A DNA stretch of 64,000 bases from Candidatus Latescibacterota bacterium. GTDB lineage: Bacteria; Latescibacterota; UBA2968. Under the pieces are notes generated by a model. That model worked only from the letters and a program-made list of their open reading frames with translations, did no database searches and was not told the DNA's origin. This document shows positions 57,577 to 64,000 of this stretch, one piece after another. Where the stretch lies: assembly GCA_965116885.1 (NCBI GenBank), contig OZ220741.1, positions 384,001 through 448,000 on the forward strand, read 5' to 3'. Positions within the stretch are counted from its first letter, which is position 1. The number at the start of each line of letters is the position of its first letter. The translations under genes were made by a program, and so were the position numbers.

Positions 57577-59157
57577 TCAATACCCCACTGCCAGACCATC
57601 CTTGCGAGGATCAGAAGCCGCGCAATAACCGTCATCCAATTTATAAATAAGCTGCCCCCCGCCATATCCAATAGTCGGCGGAATTTGGATATCGTGCCCG
57701 CGGGCGCGAAGATCGTCCAGCACGCCGGCATCCACGCCGGGTTCAATCCCCACACTCAAACCCCCAAAAACCTGCCATCGGGGCGCATCGCACGCAGCCT
57801 GCGGATTTTGACCATAAGCAAAAATCCGGATCATCATCTGCGCGTGACCTTGCGGCTGCATATGCCCTCCCATAACGCCGAAAGACATCACCGGTTGGCC
57901 CTCTCGGGTCGCAAACGCCGGAATAATCGTATGATACGGTCGCTTGCCCCCATCCACGCGATTGGGATGGCCCTCCGCCAGAACAAAGCCCGCGCCCCGG
58001 TTCTGCATGCTAATACCCGTATCCGGAATCACAATCCCAGATCCAAAACCCATATAATTCGACTGAATAAACGAAACCATCATCCCATCTTCATCCGCAG
58101 CCGTGAGATAAACCGTATCCCCACGCGGCATGCCAAAAGTGGGTATCCCCGCCCTTTTCAGATCAATCAACCTCGCGCGTTGAGTTAGATAATCCGGATC
58201 GAGCAAATGCGCGAACTCAACATCCCGCGTATTCGGATCAGACACATACCTGTGCGTATCCGCATACGCCAACTTCATCGCCTCAATCTGAAGATGCATA
58301 CTATCCGCCGAATCAACAGCATACCCGGACAAATCCCAATTCTCCAATATCCCCAGTGCAATCAGCGCCGCAATACCCTGACCATTTGGCGGAATCTCGT
58401 GCAGCGTATAATCCCCAAAATCCACCGTCATCGTATCCACCCAATCTGCCCGATGCTCCGCCAGGTCTTCTTCTGTCATCGCACCGCCAGCGCGTCTGGC
58501 ATGCACAGCGATCTTCTCTGCCAGATCACCCGAATAGAACGCCTCTCCTCTCGTCTCCGCAATGCGTTCAAGAGTACACGCCTGCGCTTCACACACAAAT
58601 TTCTCCCCAATTTTCGGCGCGCGACCCTCCGGTGCAAAAGTCGCCATCCAATCGGGCATATCGCCGTAATTATACACAGCCTGCGCCCAGCTATGCCCCG
58701 TAATAGGCGAAACCACAAAACCATCGCGGGCATAGTGAATCGCGGGTTCAAACAACGCCTCGAACGGCAACACGCCAAACCGCTCTGAAACCTCGGCCCA
58801 CGCCGAAACACAACCGGGCACAGTCACGGCATCCCAACCGCTCTGGGGCATCACCGCGTGCTCGGCAAATAATTCGGGCGACCACGCCTTTGGGGAACGC
58901 CCCGATGCATTGAGACCATGTATTTGCTCACCATCCCACAAAATGCAAAACGCATCGCTACCTATACCATTCATATTGGGTTCAACAACCGTAAGCGCCA
59001 TCGCTGTCGCCAGAGCCGCATCTGCTGCATTGCCACCTTTGAGCAACATCCGCAACCCCGCCTGAGCGGCCAGCGGTTGAGACGTCGCAACCACATTGCG
59101 CGCCATAACCGGCATGCGTTGTGAAGCATACGGAAAAGACCAGGACAATTCGGGCAT
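57577..59157 (-). CDS. ggt: gamma-glutamyltransferase family protein (YwrD-like)
   Basis: GGNAADAA, VTVPG, GDTVYL catalytic Thr, KRPYHTIIP, FGVMGG, SDPRKDG. Confidence 0.92.
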   Translation of the reverse strand: MPELSWSFPYASQRMPVMARNVVATSQPLAAQAGLRMLLKGGNAADAALATAMALTVVEPNMNGIGSDAFCILWDGEQIHGLNASGRSPKAWSPELFAEHAVMPQSGWDAVTVPGCVSAWAEVSERFGVLPFEALFEPAIHYARDGFVVSPITGHSWAQAVYNYGDMPDWMATFAPEGRAPKIGEKFVCEAQACTLERIAETRGEAFYSGDLAEKIAVHARRAGGAMTEEDLAEHRADWVDTMTVDFGDYTLHEIPPNGQGIAALIALGILENWDLSGYAVDSADSMHLQIEAMKLAYADTHRYVSDPNTRDVEFAHLLDPDYLTQRARLIDLKRAGIPTFGMPRGDTVYLTAADEDGMMVSFIQSNYMGFGSGIVIPDTGISMQNRGAGFVLAEGHPNRVDGGKRPYHTIIPAFATREGQPVMSFGVMGGHMQPQGHAQMMIRIFAYGQNPQAACDAPRWQVFGGLSVGIEPGVDAGVLDDLRARGHDIQIPPTIGYGGGQLIYKLDDGYCAASDPRKDGLAVGY

Positions 59158-59175
59158 GGATCTGCATCTCCTATA

Positions 59176-59637
59176 TCAGTTCAAAGTAATTTCCTTTTTA
59201 ATCCCATCCATCACATCATCGTCATCAACAGGTGCGCGCAGAGGCTCTGTAAAATTCAACCGATACCCATTGGGATCCATCACAATAACCTCGCGCGCAT
59301 TCCACGGGCGGTCGTGCGGACCGGAAATCTGGACATTGCCGTCGCGCCGCACCCGTTCGGCAATCGCATCAACCGACTCGCGCAACACCGTAAAATTGAG
59401 CGTAACACCCGCACCCCGGGTGCTTGCAATCAAAACATTTGGTCCCTCCTCCATCAGAATCAAATCCGCATGGGGTGCCCACCGCAAATGCGACATAATC
59501 GGATCGCCATTCGCACCCGGCATCTGTGAAATTAGAGAAAAACCGAGCGTATCGCAATACCACCGCGTAGATATATTGAGATCATGAACCATCAGAGTTG
59601 TATAGGACGGCATCTGGTAGTCGAAATCGGATTCCAC
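59176..59637 (-). CDS. VOC/glyoxalase family protein
   Basis: LMVHDL..S.RWY...LGF, RPWNARE...DPNGYRL. Confidence 0.85.
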   Translation of the reverse strand: MESDFDYQMPSYTTLMVHDLNISTRWYCDTLGFSLISQMPGANGDPIMSHLRWAPHADLILMEEGPNVLIASTRGAGVTLNFTVLRESVDAIAERVRRDGNVQISGPHDRPWNAREVIVMDPNGYRLNFTEPLRAPVDDDDVMDGIKKEITLN

Positions 59638-59679
59638 CTCGCATGTCCTTTCTCCCCAAAGGGGTAGATAGCCACCAAC

Positions 59680-59712
59680 AAAAAAACCCGCCGAAGATGC
59701 TTCGGCGGGTTC
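59680..59712 (-). terminator. terminator upstream of the VOC gene (candidate attenuator)
   Basis: Minus strand AACCCGCCGAAG-cat-CTTCGGCGGGTT-TTTTT. Confidence 0.85.
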
Positions 59713-59742
59713 GTTTTTGCAAGACTATTATGTACTGTAAGT

Positions 59743-59925
59743 CTATCGTCTCATTTTGAACCCGCCAATAATATTTTTGTCATTACCCGTGAAAACCGCG
59801 AGATTCAGTCCACTTTCCGGGCACACATGGCCAGTAGCACGGACAAATGACATCTGCACGGATGCACTGATAGCGCAGTCATCCATTATCTGTTGGGTAT
59901 TATACTGGTGGGTTACAAAAATCAT
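59743..59925 (-). CDS. putative 60-aa leader peptide
   Basis: MIFVTHQ...NIIGGFKMRR*; lies between a promoter and the terminator; its 3' end is complementary to the terminator 5' arm. Confidence 0.5.
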   Translation of the reverse strand: MIFVTHQYNTQQIMDDCAISASVQMSFVRATGHVCPESGLNLAVFTGNDKNIIGGFKMRR

Positions 59926-59970
59926 ACTTATACTCTCAACTATATCTGCGAACAAAACTGAACGGTGCAG

Positions 59971-59999
59971 AAGATATATCGGGGACACAGTAAAGTCAA
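59971..59999 (-). promoter_or_regulatory. sigma70-type promoter
   Basis: TTGACT-N17-TATCTT. Confidence 0.65.
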
Positions 60000-60013
60000 G
60001 CGGGTTTTTCGCG

Positions 60014-60802
60014 CTAAGGTCGCTTTCGGTGAAAAACGAGATCTGCAAACGCGCCTGTCACCTTACTCCCCGTATTATCTGAATCGGACATAAGATACAC
60101 GCGCACAATTTCTGCGGGTTCTTCATCGGGATAAAAGCGCTTGAAATCCCTGTAAAAATTGCGCGACTCTCCAACCCATTGATTCACATTTTGATCCCCA
60201 CTCTCGGCAACAATGCGATACCACTTAAATTTGAAAAATCCCAGAACAGACGTCACCTGCGTCAGCGAAGTCTCCTCGGGAATGGTCCGCGTCCAGAGAT
60301 AGGCAACCTCCCGCAGCTTCCCTCTGGTACTGAGAACCGAAATACCGATCTTAGCTGCAAAATCATCGCCCGACTTTTGAATCTTGCCTTTGTGATCCGC
60401 CGTATCGCTATCATCAATCGTATTGCTGACCCGCCACCGCCATGAAACATAGGGATACTCAGTTGCCGATATGAGATCATATTGCCCCTGCGCCTGTTCG
60501 CGGACATCCTTCCCAAAGCTCCTGGGTGGTCGGTCACAGCGCCTGATCCAATCCTGACTGCGATCAACAGCCAACGCCGCGCCACTCTTCGTCGGCACCT
60601 GCCAGAAAAGTGCCGCCGCATGATCGCTGCGAATCGCAAACACCCCATCTCGGTGTTGCCCCGTAACATTTTCTCCGCAATCGTCCCAATCGCGCCGCAG
60701 CCAATCGCCTCCCATATCCACGGCAACGCGATCCTGCGCTTGCACAATACATGGAAAAATGACAAAAATAAATAAGCCTATACTAAAAATAATGCGAATC
60801 AT
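60014..60802 (-). CDS. DUF3047 family exported protein
   Basis: Signal peptide; YPYVSWRWRV, KSGDDFAAK, WVGESRNFYRDF, MSDSDNTG. Confidence 0.8.
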   Translation of the reverse strand: MIRIIFSIGLFIFVIFPCIVQAQDRVAVDMGGDWLRRDWDDCGENVTGQHRDGVFAIRSDHAAALFWQVPTKSGAALAVDRSQDWIRRCDRPPRSFGKDVREQAQGQYDLISATEYPYVSWRWRVSNTIDDSDTADHKGKIQKSGDDFAAKIGISVLSTRGKLREVAYLWTRTIPEETSLTQVTSVLGFFKFKWYRIVAESGDQNVNQWVGESRNFYRDFKRFYPDEEPAEIVRVYLMSDSDNTGSKVTGAFADLVFHRKRP

Positions 60803-60951
60803 ATCTACCTTTTGTTGAAATGTTGAAAGCCGATTAGAACCACGCTTCGCATGTGAATCAAATTCACACCTGTAGCGAAAACGCCACATGCAAGCGCGGT
60901 TTTAGCAGGGATTTTATTCATTATACGCACAAATGCAATTTTCATACCAAC

Positions 60952-60987
60952 AAAAAAAGCGCGACGGGAAAAAACCCGTCGCGCTTA
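60952..60987 (-). terminator. intrinsic terminator of the ECF/Spy operon
   Basis: Minus strand AAGCGCGACGGG-tttttt-CCCGTCGCGC-TTTTTTT. Confidence 0.85.
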
Positions 60988-61017
60988 TGCGATCAAATGA
61001 TAAACTGGATTGAAAAC

Positions 61018-61043
61018 GGGACGGCACGGGGGCCGTCCCCTAC
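61018..61043 (-). repeat. GTAG-type REP palindrome
   Basis: gggacggcacgggggccgtcccctac on the plus strand. Confidence 0.8.
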
Positions 61044-61062
61044 AACATCAGACCGCGCTGCA

Positions 61063-61668
61063 CTACATCTCCGATGACTCTTCGCTTTGCTCGGACTTCT
61101 CCTGCGTCTCAGATTCCTTTTTCATCTGATCGCGATCTCCCCCACGGCGACCGCGAAACCAGCCGCGACCTCTGAACCGGGGACCATCGCCATCTCTGAA
61201 ACCCGGACCACGGCCTCTAAACCCAGGACCACCGCGACCGCGAAACCCCATGCGACCGCCTCGTTTGCCGCGCATCTCACCGAGCTTCTCCTTTTGTTCA
61301 GCAGTCAGCAAATTTTTAACATCAATATTGTGCTGAATCTCGCGCGCCATAATTTTTCCTTGCGCCGCCGTCACCGCATCGACCTTAGCCTGAATATCCG
61401 AAGCCGATGGATTGTCCTGCTTCCGAACCTCACCCAAATCGATCCGCGCCTTCTGGTGTGCCGCACGCAAATCGACCATCGCCTTTTGATAGGCAGAACG
61501 CAGATCAGACATCTTTTCCTTCTGCTCATCCGTCAGTTCCAGCGCCGCCATACCGCGCATACCGCGGCGTTTGGACCTCTGGGCATCTGCATGTTTCACA
61601 AAAGCGACACTGCCAATCACGCCAATAATGAAAACACCGATAACTGCGTAGATAATTTTGCGTTTCAT
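61063..61668 (-). CDS. Spy/CpxP family periplasmic protein
   Basis: Signal peptide; two LTxxQ motifs (LTDEQ, LTAEQ); Gly/Arg-rich tail. Confidence 0.85.
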   Translation of the reverse strand: MKRKIIYAVIGVFIIGVIGSVAFVKHADAQRSKRRGMRGMAALELTDEQKEKMSDLRSAYQKAMVDLRAAHQKARIDLGEVRKQDNPSASDIQAKVDAVTAAQGKIMAREIQHNIDVKNLLTAEQKEKLGEMRGKRGGRMGFRGRGGPGFRGRGPGFRDGDGPRFRGRGWFRGRRGGDRDQMKKESETQEKSEQSEESSEM

Positions 61669-61817
61669 TGCATGACTCCTTTGTTTAAACAGTCGGGGAA
61701 AAATTTCCCTCCTACGGTTGGAGCGGCATCCTTGCCGCGATTACCTGAATATTTACAAATCGAACAACCCTCGGTTGTGTTCAGGCCGGCATCTGCTCAC
61801 AACGCGAAAGTCACGAC

Positions 61818-62267
61818 TTATGGTGGTCCTCGGCGGGAACCGGGTGGGCGGTCTCCCGGGGGACCTCGGCGGCCGCCACCTCGGCCGCGGAATCCTTGAC
61901 GTCTATTTTTTTCCTCAAATTTTGCAAACTGCTCAGGCGTGAGAATCGTCTTCAGTTCCTCGCGCAATTTTTGCACCTGCGACCGCATATCTTCGCCAAT
62001 TTTTCGGCGCATCGTATCGATCTCGCGCCGATATTCCTGAAATGCAGCCCGCACAGCACTCTCTTGCTCATCCGACAAATCGAGATCGCGACCCATTCGA
62101 TCAATCATGCGATTGTAGTCATAAGAACGCCCGCGCGCCCCAGGTGGACCGGGGGGGCCGGGTGAGCGCAAAAACTTGCGCTCGACAATAGTACCACACA
62201 CCAGCCCCAGAGCAAAAATGCCCATAAATAGAAGAACGGCCTGTGTGCGAGGAGAAAAAGAAAACAT
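61818..62267 (-). CDS. membrane-anchored LTxxQ-motif periplasmic protein
   Basis: N-terminal TM helix; LDLSDEQ and ILTPEQ. Confidence 0.75.
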   Translation of the reverse strand: MFSFSPRTQAVLLFMGIFALGLVCGTIVERKFLRSPGPPGPPGARGRSYDYNRMIDRMGRDLDLSDEQESAVRAAFQEYRREIDTMRRKIGEDMRSQVQKLREELKTILTPEQFAKFEEKNRRQGFRGRGGGRRGPPGDRPPGSRRGPP

Positions 62268-62287
62268 GATAGTCCCTTTGCAGTCGT

Positions 62288-62686
62288 TTACTCGGGATAG
62301 ATAATCAGGCTATCGGCTTGCACCTCCGACAGCACCATCTCGGTTTGCGAATCTAAATAATCCGACACCGTATTTGCCTCGGTATCTCCATTATCTATTA
62401 ACACCATAAAAATAACAGCAGCGGCAGCGGCCAATGGCACGAGGCGTTTACCCGCCCATACCAGGCTATTCCATAAACTCTCTTCCCGAATCTGTGCCTG
62501 AACGCCATCCCACAACCCCGGCGAAGACGCCATCGGACGCTGGCGCAGGCGTCTCTGCACATGGCGAAGCAAATCGTATTCCGCGCGAAACTCTGCATCC
62601 TCTGCTATTCGCGCCTCAATTTCGCACACATGCTCCGCAGACAAATTACCGTCAACATAGAGCAACAATTTATCGCGATCAGTCAT
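62288..62686 (-). CDS. putative anti-sigma factor
   Basis: LLLYVDGNLS...IEARI N-domain, single TM helix, overlaps the sigma stop codon. Confidence 0.75.
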   Translation of the reverse strand: MTDRDKLLLYVDGNLSAEHVCEIEARIAEDAEFRAEYDLLRHVQRRLRQRPMASSPGLWDGVQAQIREESLWNSLVWAGKRLVPLAAAAAVIFMVLIDNGDTEANTVSDYLDSQTEMVLSEVQADSLIIYPE

Positions 62687-63276
62687 ATCTCCTCCCCTTG
62701 CCATTCGCGGTACAGCGGCAAAAGCAAATCGCGTAAACGCGCCCGCGCCCGCGAAAGCCTCGACTTAACAGTACCGACCGATACATCCAAAACATCGGCA
62801 ATTTCTTCTTGAGAAAAACCCTCTATATCCTTGAGAACCACCACCGCGCGATGCTCGGGCGAAAGGTAATCGAGCACCTTCTGAATCTCCTCGCGCAAAC
62901 CAATGCGCTCAATATCATTTTGCGGTTCATCCGTACCCAAAAACCGATCCAGCGTCATATCGCTCGCCTCCTGCATCCCCTCGATAGAAACACGATCGGG
63001 CCGTCGTTGCTCGCGCTGGGCAAACGTGAGACAAACATTGGTGGTAATGCGATACAAATACGTGTAAAAACTCGACCGACCCTCAAAATTTCCCAGTGCT
63101 CTATACACTCTAATAAACGCCTCTTGCGCCGCATCCTTTGCCACCTCGCTATCGCCGAGAATCGAACACGCCAGACCGTAAATTCGGTCTTCATAACGTT
63201 CAACCAACTGGCGGAAAGCCTGCACATCGCCCTTTTGGCATTGACGAATCAGATCTCGTTCATCAAAATCAGCCAT
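62683..63276 (-). CDS. ECF (sigma-70 family) RNA polymerase sigma factor, RpoE/SigW-like
   Basis: GDVQAFRQLV, DAAQEAF, SSFYTYLYRITTN, EIADVL...GTVKSRLSRAR. Confidence 0.93.
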   Translation of the reverse strand: MADFDERDLIRQCQKGDVQAFRQLVERYEDRIYGLACSILGDSEVAKDAAQEAFIRVYRALGNFEGRSSFYTYLYRITTNVCLTFAQREQRRPDRVSIEGMQEASDMTLDRFLGTDEPQNDIERIGLREEIQKVLDYLSPEHRAVVVLKDIEGFSQEEIADVLDVSVGTVKSRLSRARARLRDLLLPLYREWQGEEI

Positions 63277-63324
63277 TTATTTTTATTCCTATGAGTATGA
63301 ATAGACATCCGATCTTATCTTTTT

Positions 63325-63370
63325 GTCTATTCGCTGATTCGTCTATTCGTCTATTCGCTGATTCGTCTAT
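63325..63370. repeat. octamer tandem repeat in the ECF 5' UTR
   Basis: gtctattc/gctgattc units in tandem. Confidence 0.8.
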
Positions 63371-63383
63371 CCGTTTCGCAGGA

Positions 63384-63412
63384 TTAGACCATCATATCAG
63401 CACTCGCGTTCC
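63384..63412 (-). promoter_or_regulatory. candidate autoregulated ECF promoter
   Basis: GGAAC-N18-GTCTAA about 110 nt upstream of the ECF sigma start. Confidence 0.65.
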
Positions 63413-63472
63413 CTATAAAACAAAAAAATGGACATCGCATTCAGAGATGTCCAGGGTTGGCGGGATCGAGAT

Positions 63473-63550
63473 GGGCGACCACGAGGATCGCCCCTACATT
63501 ATGATTTTCCATCTGCACATACATCGGGCAACCACGAGGGTTGCCCCTAC
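63473..63550 (-). repeat. two GTAG-type REP palindromes
   Basis: 63473-63497 and 63526-63550; the TAG of the second GTAG is the ilvB stop codon. Confidence 0.8.
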
Positions 63551-64000
63551 TCCGTAATAATATCGGCAAACGTCATACCCGAGGGAATCATGGGCAACAC
63601 ATGCTCTTGATACGGCACAACCACATCGAGCAAATAGGGACCATTGGAAGAAATCATGCGGTCAATAGCCGGCACGAGATCCTCCTTGCGTTCCGCCCGT
63701 TCGGCGGGCACGCGAAAACCCTTTGCTATCGTCACATAATCGGGAAAAATCGCGTGACTCGGCGGAATATTCATATCTTCATGCGCCTGTGCCGCTTCCG
63801 GATCACCAATAAACGTATGCCCGCGATTGCTCTTGTAAAAACGATCCTCCCACTGCACCACCATACCCAGATGCTGATTGTTGAGAATCATAGTCTTAAC
63901 GGGAATCTTCTCCGCATACAGCGTCGCCAACTCCTGTACATTCATCGCAAAACTGCCATCGCCATCAATATCAACAACCAGCGCATCGGGAAACGCCAAT
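63547..64000 (-). CDS. ilvB: acetolactate synthase large subunit, C-terminal part (truncated by window edge)
   Basis: [14 protein letters not shown]...[16 protein letters not shown] motif; [10 protein letters not shown]. Confidence 0.92.
   Translation of the reverse strand, partial: LAFPDALVVDIDGDGSFAMNVQELATLYAEKIPVKTMILNNQHLGMVVQWEDRFYKSNRGHTFIGDPEAAQAHEDMNIPPSHAIFPDYVTIAKGFRVPAERAERKEDLVPAIDRMISSNGPYLLDVVVPYQEHVLPMIPSGMTFADIITE

Noticed and set aside
59743..60048. 101-aa ORF as a stand-alone protein or ferredoxin
   Set aside because: Its 5' part overlaps the DUF3047 gene and the promoter; no Cys cluster motif; only 59925-59743 kept as a candidate leader.

Overview
Chromosomal window of a Gram-negative bacterium with roughly 50-55% GC. 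Gene content (nine PhyH-type dioxygenases, three sulfatases, SusC/SusD, a TonB-dependent receptor with PorV, GTAG-type REPs) suggests an FCB-group organism such as Latescibacterota/Gemmatimonadota, possibly a sponge symbiont; this is inference. In order, the window holds: an IS200/IS605 tnpB with intact RuvC residues and right end; catabolic genes; pyrE; susC-susD; an RND permease; a PhyH/sulfatase-rich region containing a GmrSD-like nuclease, an orphan antitoxin and a frameshifted dehydrogenase; three DUF1800 paralogs with one DUF1501; a five-gene outer-membrane operon; adenosine kinase; an archaeal-type aspS; a methyltransferase-ggt-VOC block; an ECF sigma/anti-sigma/Spy cluster; and partial ilvB. 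The best finding is an unannotated 32-codon leader peptide with NNNDDNN control codons plus antiterminator and terminator upstream of aspS, i.e. a likely Asp/Asn-sensing attenuator. Also notable: a second leader-ORF attenuator upstream of the VOC-ggt genes, and a near-identical copy of the ECF sigma's own promoter lying antisense in the leader of the outer-membrane operon. No rRNA, tRNA or CRISPR array was seen.
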